The translations under genes and the position numbers were made by a program. This document shows positions 18,778-28,807 of a stretch of 64,000 nt of DNA, piece by piece. The stretch covers positions 372,001 through 436,000 of the IMG/VR virus record IMGVR_UViG_3300035182_002586; one strand, 5' to 3'. Within the stretch, counting starts at the first letter, position 1, and each line of letters begins with the position of its first letter. The notes beneath the pieces were generated by a model. That model did not search any database and was not told the DNA's origin. It saw nothing but the letters and a program-made list of their open reading frames with translations.

Positions 18778-19095
18778 CTACGCGAGGACGTAATCCGCGA
18801 CGAGGTGGTCGTCAGGGTAGGGTGCCATGGTGACGGTGATTGTATCGAATCCCGTTCCGGGGCCCCCGCTCTCCGACACCATGTAGTCGTCGAGGAGGGT
18901 CAGACGGACGCCATTGTAGTAGACCGTGACATCCAAGAAGGGCAGGTTGTGGGCGAATTTGTCCGTACCCGGTGTGTGGAACACCAGATTCGTGCCGTCT
19001 TTCACACCAGAGAGGTTCTGCGCGGTGCGGAACCGACTGATCTGAATGAAGCGGGCTTGAAGCGATGAGAGTGAGAGGCCGTTGAGAAGGTACAC
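18778..19095 (-). CDS. Putative virion protein, paralog of the 18244-18759 C-terminus
   Basis: LSGVKDGTNLVFHTP...VYYNGVRL...DDY. Confidence 0.6.
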   Translation of the reverse strand: MYLLNGLSLSSLQARFIQISRFRTAQNLSGVKDGTNLVFHTPGTDKFAHNLPFLDVTVYYNGVRLTLLDDYMVSESGGPGTGFDTITVTMAPYPDDHLVADYVLA

Positions 19096-19139
19096 TCACA
19101 CCCACCCTCCTCCCGTGGGAACGTGAGGGAGCCAGGCCC

Positions 19140-19775
19140 TCACTTGGGGAAGGCGCGAGTAGAGGTCATCGAGAAGGTCGTGGGTCCGCCACTACCTCGG
19201 ACGAAGATGCTCCCCTGCGTTGCGACGAACGAGAGGAACTGGCCGACTTCGCCTGCGGGGAAGTGCGTCTCCGCACCCCCAAGCTCCGTCGAGACGAGAA
19301 GGGGGTTCGCTCCGTCGACGTGCACACGCATGTCGAACATGAGTGTGGGGAGGTCGATCTGGAGCGCGAGGTCCGCAGATACGACATCCGGTGCCGTCCC
19401 TGCGATGGTTACGACCCCGACACCGTGATTCGCCTCGTCGGGGAGGAGAAGCGTCGGCGGGCTCACGTACGTCTCGACGGCACCGTCGAAGCGTGCGAGC
19501 TGGAGCCACATGCTCTTCGTGTCGGAGGCGATGCCGTACGCGGGGTTCGTCGGGTCGAAGATGATCCGAACGTTGTTCCCGTACATCACCGCGACCGTCG
19601 CCTGATTGATCTGCGGGTCGAGGTAGCCCGTGGCGGGCGCTGCGATGATCGTGTTAAACACCCCGTCGAAGTTGGTGGCGTACTTGAGGCGGTACTCCGC
19701 CGTCCCGTACACGAAGGGGGTGATGATGTCGACGTGCTTGGGACGGCGACGGATGGTCGAGAATTGGCGGCTCAC
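19140..19775 (-). CDS. Putative virion protein
   Basis: 211-aa beta-rich ORF. Confidence 0.6.
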   Translation of the reverse strand: MSRQFSTIRRRPKHVDIITPFVYGTAEYRLKYATNFDGVFNTIIAAPATGYLDPQINQATVAVMYGNNVRIIFDPTNPAYGIASDTKSMWLQLARFDGAVETYVSPPTLLLPDEANHGVGVVTIAGTAPDVVSADLALQIDLPTLMFDMRVHVDGANPLLVSTELGGAETHFPAGEVGQFLSFVATQGSIFVRGSGGPTTFSMTSTRAFPK

Positions 19776-20179
19776 GTGTTCTGCTCCTGGCTGACGAGGG
19801 GTTCGTAGGTGATGGCCGAGACTTCACCGCCCTTGTCCCGGGCGACTTCCTGGGCATCCTTCCAGGTGGGAGCTTCGATGCCGTCGTAGTTCGGAACGAG
19901 CTTCGGCTTGAACACGTTGTCCCGTTCCCGCTGCGCCATCGTCGTTGCCCGACGCGCGCGGTACTTGTTCTCCTTGCCCGCCTTCGAGGCCCAGCCGCCG
20001 CTCTCCCCGTCCTTCATGACGAAGCCCAAGATACCGGGAGCGAACTCGATCACGGACTTGCCGCCGCACTCGCATTCGACCGCCATCGCACCGCTCTTCA
20101 CCGAGTCGTACTCAGCAAATGTCAGGCGAACGTCGCGGGTTTCTTTGCACGTGGTACAGCGGGTCGCATAGTTCGGCAT
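19772..20179 (-). CDS. FmdB-like zinc-ribbon protein
   Basis: MPNY...CTTC...CECG...FVMKDG..GGW. Confidence 0.6.
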   Translation of the reverse strand: MPNYATRCTTCKETRDVRLTFAEYDSVKSGAMAVECECGGKSVIEFAPGILGFVMKDGESGGWASKAGKENKYRARRATTMAQRERDNVFKPKLVPNYDGIEAPTWKDAQEVARDKGGEVSAITYEPLVSQEQNT

Positions 20180-20192
20180 TTGATCCCTTCTT

Positions 20193-21299
20193 TCATCCCG
20201 TAACCCCGATCGAGAGCATCGCCGTTGCGAGGTCCTCGGTCGGCGTCCACGTCTGTGGCCAAGGAGTACCCTCAGCTCGAATCTGGTACGCGCCAGCTCC
20301 CTCGGGGTCTCCCACTGCCCTCACGTAGAGGCCGGCGGTCCGGTGCCCCGTCTCGAAGCTCCTGAGAGCTTCGGTTGCCACGCAGATGGCAGAAGCGCGC
20401 TTCACAAGGGCGTAGAGGTCGACCTCCTCGCCCGCTTTCTTCACCTTCCCCTTGGCCTTGGGCTTCGGAAGCTCCCAAGAACGCAGAGAGGACATGGTAG
20501 CCGCCACGTGCTTGCACACGTGGTTGATGCCCCGAGGATCCTTCACGACCGGCACGGAGGCCGTTCCGCGAGGCTTGCCGTCCAGGTACTCTTCCCGCTG
20601 CGCGTGGTGCTCGCTTCCGAGCCACTGCCACGCATTGCAGGAACACGAGAAGAGGAGGTCCATCTTCGTGATCTTCGTGACGTTCCCCTTGCGAACGGCC
20701 TTGACCTTGACGGCCTTCGGCCCGTTCCCGCAGTCCACGGAGAAGATCCAACGAAGGTTGGGGATGTCGGCCCGCTTCATCGTGGCCGAACACGTGGCCG
20801 CACGCTGCACCGTCTTGGGGTTGAGCCCCGAGAGGATGTCGTCGATCTTGGCCGCCACCTTCACGTCACTGTTAGCCCGAACGAGCAGCTCCGGTGCGTG
20901 AGCGAGCTTGAAGAGTGCCGCGACAAACTCAGCCGACGCGTTGTGCGCGTTGGGGATGCCGTCTCGGTACGGGTACTTCGTGATGGAGTCGTCGTCATCA
21001 CGTGGGCCCGGTACACCGATGGACGGCTTGAACTGCTCGTGGTGCCGCTCATCGTCCTTGGGGTCGTTCTGCGGCTTGGCCCGGTCGTCGGGGCCGTCCA
21101 CCCGGTAGATGGAGCCCTCCTCGGCCTTGTCGAACTCGCGGATGTCGTCGACTTCTTTATCGAAGGTCGACGTTCCTGGGATACTCCTATCCAGAGAGAG
21201 GCCCTTGTCGGAGGGGCCCGTGCCGGGAAGGCCCGACTCCGCGAGGATAGACTGAGAGCACACCCGTCCACACGCAGGACGTGGAGTTAGGGGTTGCAT
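20193..21299 (-). CDS. SWIM-type zinc finger protein
   Basis: FSCSCNAW...VCKHV motif. Confidence 0.6.
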   Translation of the reverse strand: MQPLTPRPACGRVCSQSILAESGLPGTGPSDKGLSLDRSIPGTSTFDKEVDDIREFDKAEEGSIYRVDGPDDRAKPQNDPKDDERHHEQFKPSIGVPGPRDDDDSITKYPYRDGIPNAHNASAEFVAALFKLAHAPELLVRANSDVKVAAKIDDILSGLNPKTVQRAATCSATMKRADIPNLRWIFSVDCGNGPKAVKVKAVRKGNVTKITKMDLLFSCSCNAWQWLGSEHHAQREEYLDGKPRGTASVPVVKDPRGINHVCKHVAATMSSLRSWELPKPKAKGKVKKAGEEVDLYALVKRASAICVATEALRSFETGHRTAGLYVRAVGDPEGAGAYQIRAEGTPWPQTWTPTEDLATAMLSIGVTG

Positions 21300-22099
21300 A
21301 GTGCCCCTTTCTTTTTCCGAGCACGTGACCTGCGGGCGCTATCCCTGTTGCGGATCCTACGGTCGAGTTCCTCTGCCGAGTAAAGAGCGTCCCTCGCCGC
21401 TGTCTTCGCAGCCATAGCAGCCCGGCCCTTTACCAGGTTACCCTTAACTGCATCACGCCACACCGTGTTGGACGCCCTCTTGAGCATCCTCCCCTGGTGT
21501 GCTTCCTGCCATGCGGGGTCTGCCGAGCGCTTATGCATAGCCTCCGCATGTGCTCTTTGGTACGCAGGGTCCTTCGCCTTATCTCGGTTGAATCTCGTGA
21601 CTGCTGCCAGCCACTCGGGGTTAGTAGCCAGTTTGCGAGCTGACTCGGTTTGATGCGCCCGCACAAGAGGGTCGGCTGCTCTCCTAGCCGCCGCTTCGGC
21701 GGTATGCTTCAACCACTCCGGGCTTGCGGAACGTTTTCGGGCACCCTCCAACATCCGTTCATACACCCCAGGCACTTGAAGGTCCACTCCGTCGCCCCCA
21801 CTTGTGAGGTTGTACCCCAAGGGGGAGGCACTCTTGTACGCAGCGATGTAGCGGATTTCCGCTTCCATCAAGTCAGCATGTGCGCCCTTTACGGTCTCGA
21901 CTCTCTCGATCGTAAAGTTCACGGCACCGTACTTACGAATCGCTGCGTGCAGTGCGAGAGGACTACCTTTCTTCGCGGCACTGAGGTGTTGGACCCACCT
22001 GTGTTTCAGGGTGGCTTTCGTGCAGCCCACGTACAATTTCCCGTTCACGAGATTCGTGACGAGATAGACGTAGCCTGCGATAGCAACCTCTTGTTCCAC
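21287..22099 (-). CDS. GIY-YIG homing endonuclease
   Basis: GYVYLVTNLVNGKLYVGCT...RWxQH...AIRKYG...E...GYNLTSGG followed by basic helical repeats; atypical codon usage. Confidence 0.9.
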   Translation of the reverse strand: MEQEVAIAGYVYLVTNLVNGKLYVGCTKATLKHRWVQHLSAAKKGSPLALHAAIRKYGAVNFTIERVETVKGAHADLMEAEIRYIAAYKSASPLGYNLTSGGDGVDLQVPGVYERMLEGARKRSASPEWLKHTAEAAARRAADPLVRAHQTESARKLATNPEWLAAVTRFNRDKAKDPAYQRAHAEAMHKRSADPAWQEAHQGRMLKRASNTVWRDAVKGNLVKGRAAMAAKTAARDALYSAEELDRRIRNRDSARRSRARKKKGALCNP

Positions 22100-22121
22100 G
22101 GGGGTCCTTTCACCACAGTTC

Positions 22122-22424
22122 CTAGTGCTTGCCCTTGACTACATCCTTATTTTTCTCCCAGTGGTCAGCGATCTCTTCGAGCTGATCCTTGGTGAGCGAG
22201 GGATTCGACTCCTTGAACCCCTTCATGACCTCTTCGCGGGAGTTCGCCTGGAGCGGGCCCATCGCCTGAACGGCTTCCTGCGCCGTCTCGGAGAGGGCCA
22301 TCTTCACGCGATGGAGTGCGGCGACGACGACGTGCTTGTTCGGCTTTGCTTCCGTCTCGACGTACGCGAGGATGTCACGGAGCGACTGAGCGATGAAGTT
22401 CTTGGAGGCGATCTTGAGCGGCAT
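22122..22424 (-). CDS. Hypothetical protein (possible head-internal protein)
   Basis: Start MPLKIAS with AGGAG RBS; shares the QANSREEVMKGFKESNP module with the upstream gene. Confidence 0.6.
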   Translation of the reverse strand: MPLKIASKNFIAQSLRDILAYVETEAKPNKHVVVAALHRVKMALSETAQEAVQAMGPLQANSREEVMKGFKESNPSLTKDQLEEIADHWEKNKDVVKGKH

Positions 22425-22438
22425 GTTCGTGGGTCTCC

Positions 22439-23737
22439 TCAGAGAGTCGAGAGGGTCTTCTTGGCGGCGTTCTGGAGCAGCTCTCCGGCGTACTTGAGAG
22501 ACGACGCCGACGAGGGGAGCCCACAAGAGTGCAGAGCCTCTCCGAGCCCCTGCACCCCACTTGCGAGCATCATCAGGGCGACGGGCTTGTTCACCCCGAG
22601 CATCCGGCCACCGTTGACCAGAGACGAAGCTGCATCGATGACGGCAGCCGACGCCTTCTTGTCGGCCTCCTCGTCCTGTGCACTCTCGTGGTGGCTGCCC
22701 TCGACCTGCTCGGCGTGGTGGGAAGAGAGCTTGGAGAGGAGCTTCTTCTTGTTCTCGATGACGGCCGACAGACCCTTCTCGACGTCCTTGGCGCCATCCA
22801 GGGTGAGGTTCTCGACCTTCTCACCCTTCTCCAGCTTGGCGATGTCCTTCTTGATCTTCACCAAGTCCGACTCGTCCTTCTTGAGACCGGATTCGATGTC
22901 GGCCTTCACCGCGGCCGACTTGTCCTTCACGACGGACTTGTTCTTCTCCCACTCGTCCGCGATGCGCTTGAGCTGTTCCTCGGTGAGGTCCGGGTTCGAC
23001 TCCTTGAAGCCCTTCATGACCTCTTCGCGGGAGTTCGCCTGCTGCATGACGGCGACGGCGCTCTGCGAGGCCGTGGGCTGAACCGAGTCCGCGAGGAACG
23101 ATCGGAGGGACTTGGCGATCTCGATCCGGCTCGGGTTGGTGCGGGTCTCGACACTCGCAGCCAGCTCGCGCAGACGGTCCGAGGCGCTCACCTTCGAGCC
23201 TGCCGTCCGGCCCCCACGCTCCAGAGACGCGAGAAGGACCATCACGTCCTCGACGGGAACCCGGCCCGTAGCATCCGACACGTCCGCGATGCGGCGGATC
23301 TCCGCAGCCGCCTGCTTGGCGTTCGACACCCCACCACCAGACCGACGCTGGAGGTAGCGGACGCGTGCATCTTGAAGGACCGTCTCCAGCTCCTCGACCT
23401 TTTCGGGCTTGAGATTCTGCTTGATCTCTTCGTAGTCCATGCGGGCAGCGGACATCGCCGCTGCGTCCAGGGCCTTCTCCAGCTTGAAGAGGGCGTCCGG
23501 GATGCCCTGGATCAGGTGCGCAGCGACCTCGAAGAAGTGGTCCCGATGGGTGGACTTCTCCACGAGTTGCTGTGCCTCGGACACGTACTTCTTGAGTTGC
23601 GCACAGCGGAGCCGTGCATCCCCCAGCTCCTCCAGGAGGTACACGGCGATGCCAGCCGCCGTTTTCGCGGGACTGGCATCGCCAGCGGTCGCAACCTTCG
23701 TCGTCGTATTGCAGCGATCGTCGAGCGGCTTTTCCAC
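22439..23737 (-). CDS. Hypothetical helical protein (possible head-internal protein)
   Basis: GTG start with GGAGA RBS; charged helical sequence. Confidence 0.65.
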   Translation of the reverse strand: MEKPLDDRCNTTTKVATAGDASPAKTAAGIAVYLLEELGDARLRCAQLKKYVSEAQQLVEKSTHRDHFFEVAAHLIQGIPDALFKLEKALDAAAMSAARMDYEEIKQNLKPEKVEELETVLQDARVRYLQRRSGGGVSNAKQAAAEIRRIADVSDATGRVPVEDVMVLLASLERGGRTAGSKVSASDRLRELAASVETRTNPSRIEIAKSLRSFLADSVQPTASQSAVAVMQQANSREEVMKGFKESNPDLTEEQLKRIADEWEKNKSVVKDKSAAVKADIESGLKKDESDLVKIKKDIAKLEKGEKVENLTLDGAKDVEKGLSAVIENKKKLLSKLSSHHAEQVEGSHHESAQDEEADKKASAAVIDAASSLVNGGRMLGVNKPVALMMLASGVQGLGEALHSCGLPSSASSLKYAGELLQNAAKKTLSTL

Positions 23738-23789
23738 GTGGTACGTCTCCCGTTCGCAGGGAGGCAGTACACAAGAGGAAACGCTACGC

Positions 23790-25010
23790 CTACGCGCCGC
23801 TCTGCGGGAAAGCGGCCGGGAACTCCTGGACGAGGAGGGGCTTGAAGTCCTCCGTCTCGGCCATGTAGATCGCCTGGATGATGTCCAGACGGTCCTCGAA
23901 GTCGAGGGAGATGCGGGCCAGCTTCTTCTTGGCGGGGGCCGCGAAGTCGTAGTTGTCGGGGACGTCCGCACAGACGCTCTTGGCGATTCCCATGCGCACA
24001 GCCGGGGAGAGCTGCATCACGTAGGCCGCCGGGGCCGGAGCGGCGGGGGCCGCCGGGGCGGCCTGCTGGCTGGCCTGACGGGGGTGTACCGAGGGCTGGA
24101 GGTCGCGCTTCGGGCCGTTCACGGAGCGGAAGCGGATCCCCTCCTGGTCGTAGGTCGACTCCACGGGCTTGCCGGTGCTGAGACCCGCCGGGTCGGCGAT
24201 CTCGGTACCCCCGCCGACGCTGTTGGCGTAGCGGATGCCCTCCTGCTGACCCGTCTTGTTCGAGGCGATGCGGTTGACGACCTGCCGGGACTCGGCCACG
24301 ACCGGGGGCTCGTCGACGTACTGCGCCTTGTTCGCCGAGATGCGCGCGAGGTACTCCTCGCGCTCTTCCGGTGACATCCGCTCGATCAGCTCGTCCCGGG
24401 TCGCCCCCTGAACGGGCTCGATCTTGAGCTTCGAGATCTGCGACTCGACCGCGCTGGCGTTGTCCGCCGAGGTGCGCGTGTGCTTCGCCTTCTCGCCGGC
24501 TGCCGTCTTGAGGGGCGCACGGTCGACCACCTGACCGTCCTGGAGTTCGACCTCCATGACGCCACGCTGCGACTTGACGAGCTGACCCGCCTGAACGTTG
24601 CGCGGATTCACCGGGGTCTGACCCCGCACGTAGCCCGTGTTCGCGTTGCGCGTCTGCGCCGCGTGCGTCTGCGTGTTGCCGATGACCCTCTCCTCCTCGG
24701 AGATCTCGGTCGACATCGACTGCCGGGGCTGCATCGGATTGCCGCCCTGCGTCGGATGACGCACCTGGATGTTCGCGCGCGTTGCCACCGGTCCGACGTT
24801 CTCGTCGTACTCGTCGAAGGGCATCAGCCAGCCGGCCTTCACGGCCCCACGGAGCTGCGGGCAGACGTACTCACTTCCGTCGACCTGCGCCTTGGTCCCG
24901 TCGAAGAAGACTTCCTGACCCCTGGCCAGGTTGACGCCGGTGTTGCCCAGAGCGAAGGGGCGCGTTGCCACGAGGTGGTGGGGGTGGCCCCCCTGGTATC
25001 GCAGTTCCAT
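23790..25010 (-). CDS. Hypothetical protein
   Basis: 406 aa, AGGAGA RBS, high GC3. Confidence 0.7.
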   Translation of the reverse strand: MELRYQGGHPHHLVATRPFALGNTGVNLARGQEVFFDGTKAQVDGSEYVCPQLRGAVKAGWLMPFDEYDENVGPVATRANIQVRHPTQGGNPMQPRQSMSTEISEEERVIGNTQTHAAQTRNANTGYVRGQTPVNPRNVQAGQLVKSQRGVMEVELQDGQVVDRAPLKTAAGEKAKHTRTSADNASAVESQISKLKIEPVQGATRDELIERMSPEEREEYLARISANKAQYVDEPPVVAESRQVVNRIASNKTGQQEGIRYANSVGGGTEIADPAGLSTGKPVESTYDQEGIRFRSVNGPKRDLQPSVHPRQASQQAAPAAPAAPAPAAYVMQLSPAVRMGIAKSVCADVPDNYDFAAPAKKKLARISLDFEDRLDIIQAIYMAETEDFKPLLVQEFPAAFPQSGA

Positions 25011-25100
25011 GTCGATCCGATCTCCTCTGGGGCAAGAGGTGGCCCCAAAGTCACGGAAAGATAAGAAGACTAGCGATCCAAAATCACCCGCGAGGGACCC

Positions 25101-25484
25101 TCAGGGTACGGGAGGGGGAGGGGCAGCTTCCGGGAGGGCTTGTTTCAGAGCCTCCAGAGCCAACCCACAGGCTTCGGCTTCGGCGGTACGAATTGCCTTC
25201 TGCTCGTCGAGGAAGTCGACGACCTTGGCAGCCAGGGCGTCGATCGACCCCGCGTAGTCCCCCTCCCCGTCGAAGTTGTACGTGAAGGACACGTTGGGGT
25301 GCCCCTCCTCGTTGAAGCCCTCGATGCCGAAGAGGGTAGCCGTCGCCTTCCACTCGGGACCTGCCTCCGGCATCTCGACCGTCGTGCGTTCGAGCGTGAA
25401 GGCCACCTTCGGGATGACCGCTTGGGCGCTACCCCGGGCATACGTGATGAGAGCGTCGGAGATGTACGGGAGGGGATCGTTCAT
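25101..25484 (-). CDS. Hypothetical protein
   Basis: Start MNDPLPY, 10 nt downstream of a CGGTGTA motif. Confidence 0.55.
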   Translation of the reverse strand: MNDPLPYISDALITYARGSAQAVIPKVAFTLERTTVEMPEAGPEWKATATLFGIEGFNEEGHPNVSFTYNFDGEGDYAGSIDALAAKVVDFLDEQKAIRTAEAEACGLALEALKQALPEAAPPPPVP

Positions 25485-25561
25485 GCCGCCCCCGTACACC
25501 GGAAACGACGAAGGGCTCGTGGTCACCCACGAGCCCTTCGCACTTGCTAGAAGCGCGCTGC

Positions 25562-28500
25562 CTACACGAGGAGGCAGACACCGCCCGAGCAGGCGACCTC
25601 GCCCTTGAGGTCCGTGTCGTCGCTGTCCTCGACCATGAGCGTGTAGTCGAGGGGCTCGTAGCTCTCCAGGATCGCGTTCCAGCGAGCCTCGTCCACCGGG
25701 GTCACGATGGCCTCGTTGGGCGCGAAGGCGTAGTCCTTGTCCCCCGTGCTCGCCAGGAGGCTGACGCCCGTGAAGAACTCCCGGTTCTCCCACAGGTAGT
25801 CCGCCACCTTGTCCCACTCGTCCGGGCGGACCGTCACGGTGTTCGAGACGTTGTGGTTGAGGCCCGGCGAGTACGTGGAGTCGGCCGTACCGGCGAGGAC
25901 CCAGTTCTGCTGCGTGGACTTCACCATGTCGAGGAACGGGATGGCCGTGATGTCGTCCTTGATCGTCGCCTCGGGGGGCGCCTCGACCGGGAACTCGATC
26001 ACGTACTTGCCGTCGGGCTTCCTGACGCACATGTGCGGGTTCTTGGCCTTGAACGCCTGGAAGACCGGCTCCAGCTCGTCGGCGGTGACGCGGCGGATGT
26101 ATCGTCTGGCGTGGTGGGCGTGGTGGCCCGAGCCGACGCACCCCAGCTCCAAGCTGGTCGTGCCGGAGGGCTTCACGCAGGTCGTACGGGCAGCGGGCCG
26201 GATCCCGATGCGAGCCGACAGCTCGATGTTCCACTGCTTGATGAGCCCCGCGACCTCACGCTGGTATTCGGGGTTGCACGCGATGTGCGGTGCGTCGAGC
26301 ATCCCGGTCATGCCGATACCGAGAAGCGACTCGCGCTCGGCGATCACCTCGGAGACGGCGCCGAGGTAGGGCATCTTCGTGTACCCTGCCTGGAGGGTCC
26401 CGATGATCGTGGCAGCCCTGGCGGCCTCCTTGAAGTCCTCCAGGCTGGTCAACCGGGCCGCGTTGATCTCGCAGAGGTTGCAGAAGGCCCACCCCGTGTG
26501 AGACGAACCAAGGGCGACGGTGACACCCTTGGCAGCGAACTTCGCCTGCATCTCGGCGTCCACGACCACCTTCGGGTTCATCCCGATCTCACAGCACGGG
26601 TTGGTGCCGTAGTCGTAGTCGCTGGTGAAGTAGAAGCCGGGCTCGCCCCACTGGCGAGTCATGTTGAAGATGCGCTTGAACTGCTTCTTCTTCACCTCGT
26701 CGCGCTTGAGCACGACGGAATTGTTCGAGTTCGCGAGCCACGGCTCCTTGGCGAACCAGTTGCCCGTCTTGATGTGCATCATCTCCGAGTCGTCGAGGGA
26801 GAAGAGGCAAATCATCGCGGACCGACGGATGCCGCCGGAGAGGACCGCATCAGCCGCGTGGCACATGATCCGGTGGCACTCGACCGAGCGGAGCTTGCGA
26901 CCCTGCGCGCCGCTCAGGACGCCGCGGATCTGTTCCAGGGAGTCCTTGAGCTTGAGGTGGCCGGGGGCCCGACCACCGCTGGTGCGCAGAGGCGTCCCTG
27001 CGTCCCGGATCAGGTGATAGCTGATCTCCAGGTTCACGCCGTCGAGGAAGCTCTGGACGAGGGCCTTGAGGCCGTCCGCCCACCCCTCGATGGTGTCCTG
27101 CACGACGTGGTGCCGAACCTTCTTCGGATCGACGTACGCGATGGCGGGGAGCTTCTCGATGTGATCGAACTGGACCGAGTAGCCCACGCCGCAACCGGAG
27201 AGGAGAAGGTAGAGGGCCTCTGAGAAGACCTCCATGCGGTCGACGAGGCTGAACGAGCAGTTACCCGTCACGATGCCGTTCGGCAGGACGAACGAGTGAT
27301 CGTCCTCGACCTCAAGACACCAGACCGTCTCGTATCCCGCTTCCTTGATGGACTGCACGCTGTAGGGAGACGATGGGGCATCCCCAAAGCCGAGCACGAG
27401 GCCGAACCGAGAGGTTTCCGGGCGGATACCGAAGTTCGTCTCCTGGCCAGTCAGGTCGTCCTCACGGGTGATGTACGCCCCAACAGCCGGGAAAACCTTA
27501 CGGATGAAGTCGATGGCTTCGCCACCCGTTGCCTGGATGCCGTTGAAGGGGCTCGGCCAATCCCCGTTCTCGTTCTTGTGCCCGTCCGCATCGAGGAAGC
27601 CCCGCACGAACGCCATGACGTTCTCGAAGCCGTCCTGCTCGATGCTAGGCAGCGTCTTGAGATACTTCCCCGTGTAGGCCATCGCGTCGCCGCCGAAGGT
27701 TGCAGGAGAACTCGTCGCAAAGCCCAACTCCTTGAACCGCTCCAAGAAGCGTTCCTTGTCCTTCCCGCAGAGACGGACCATCGAGTAGGTCGGCTCCCCC
27801 TCGCGACCCTTCACGAGGGTACCGTCGCCGTAGACATACCCGAGAGCCCAGTAGTACCGGGCCTCGGGATTGGCCTCGGTGTAGTCCCAGGCCCCGACGA
27901 GACGCGGAGCCTTTGCGAGCTTGTGCTTGACGGAGAGGTCACGGGTACGCTCCCCGTTCTCCAGTAGCCACTGGTGGTCTCGGGTCGACCGCACCGTGAA
28001 CGAAGACCGCCCCCGGCCGATGGTGACCTCGAAAAGCTGCTGCGTCCCGTAGCTCTTCACGACGGCGGACTTCCACGCCCCCGTGTGCGTTAGGACGGTG
28101 ATCTTATCACCGTCCTTGAAGTCGGAGAACTTCTTGACCCCTTGCGTCGTGATGAACTCCGTCTCGACCCCCATGCAGTTGTAGATACGGTTGTTGTTCG
28201 CGAGGATGGCCTGCCCACCGAACTGCATCGAGCGCATCGACGGCAGCACACGCTTCTCCCGCACCCGGTCGAAGGCCCACCGGATTTCCTTCTGCATCTC
28301 GGGGTATACCTCCAGGTGCATCCCCTCGATGCGGGCGACCGTCTCGGAGTAGACCTCGCGGCGCTTCTGCCTCGGCAGGTAGCGTGCGTACTTCCCCGCG
28401 TGGATGTAGTCGGAGATCGCCTTGGGGTCCGGGGTCTTCGCAGTTCGACCCTGACGGGCTTCCGCCCGCTGATGCCGGTAAAGAATGAACGCCTTGGCGA

Positions 28501-28792
28501 CGGCGAACTGACCCTGCCGCATGAGCGCCGTCTCGACGGCATCCTGCACGTTCTCGACGCAGACGACTTCTTCCGTCAGTGCATCGATGACCGTGTTGAG
28601 GGTCCGATTCAGTGCCCTCTCGTCGACGCTTCCCTTGGCTTCCTCCCATGCGCGGCTGATGGCGCGACGCAGCTTGGACGTGTCGAACGGTTGGTGAACC
28701 TTACCGTCGCGCTTTCGGATGCTCTGCACCACCGCCCGCATCGAAGGGGCGTGGTCGTTCGAGATGGCCTGGATAACCGCAGCAGCTTGCAT
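25562..28792 (-). CDS. nrdJ: Class II (B12-dependent) ribonucleotide reductase with N-terminal ATP cone, intein-containing
   Basis: ATP cone (IRKRDG...FD..KL..AI...VENVQDAVE); GGIRRSA; GTNPCCEI; TCVKPSGT; C-terminal CSGGVC. Confidence 0.93.
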   Translation of the reverse strand: MQAAAVIQAISNDHAPSMRAVVQSIRKRDGKVHQPFDTSKLRRAISRAWEEAKGSVDERALNRTLNTVIDALTEEVVCVENVQDAVETALMRQGQFAVAKAFILYRHQRAEARQGRTAKTPDPKAISDYIHAGKYARYLPRQKRREVYSETVARIEGMHLEVYPEMQKEIRWAFDRVREKRVLPSMRSMQFGGQAILANNNRIYNCMGVETEFITTQGVKKFSDFKDGDKITVLTHTGAWKSAVVKSYGTQQLFEVTIGRGRSSFTVRSTRDHQWLLENGERTRDLSVKHKLAKAPRLVGAWDYTEANPEARYYWALGYVYGDGTLVKGREGEPTYSMVRLCGKDKERFLERFKELGFATSSPATFGGDAMAYTGKYLKTLPSIEQDGFENVMAFVRGFLDADGHKNENGDWPSPFNGIQATGGEAIDFIRKVFPAVGAYITREDDLTGQETNFGIRPETSRFGLVLGFGDAPSSPYSVQSIKEAGYETVWCLEVEDDHSFVLPNGIVTGNCSFSLVDRMEVFSEALYLLLSGCGVGYSVQFDHIEKLPAIAYVDPKKVRHHVVQDTIEGWADGLKALVQSFLDGVNLEISYHLIRDAGTPLRTSGGRAPGHLKLKDSLEQIRGVLSGAQGRKLRSVECHRIMCHAADAVLSGGIRRSAMICLFSLDDSEMMHIKTGNWFAKEPWLANSNNSVVLKRDEVKKKQFKRIFNMTRQWGEPGFYFTSDYDYGTNPCCEIGMNPKVVVDAEMQAKFAAKGVTVALGSSHTGWAFCNLCEINAARLTSLEDFKEAARAATIIGTLQAGYTKMPYLGAVSEVIAERESLLGIGMTGMLDAPHIACNPEYQREVAGLIKQWNIELSARIGIRPAARTTCVKPSGTTSLELGCVGSGHHAHHARRYIRRVTADELEPVFQAFKAKNPHMCVRKPDGKYVIEFPVEAPPEATIKDDITAIPFLDMVKSTQQNWVLAGTADSTYSPGLNHNVSNTVTVRPDEWDKVADYLWENREFFTGVSLLASTGDKDYAFAPNEAIVTPVDEARWNAILESYEPLDYTLMVEDSDDTDLKGEVACSGGVCLLV
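27260..28177 (-). mobile_element. Intein (306 aa) with LAGLIDADG endonuclease in nrdJ
   Basis: RIYN|CMGVETEFIT...STRDHQW...LGYVYGDG...FVRGFLDADG...VWCLEVEDDHSFVLPNGIVTGN|CSF. Confidence 0.93.
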
Positions 28793-28807
28793 GGAGCCCT
28801 TTCCTCC

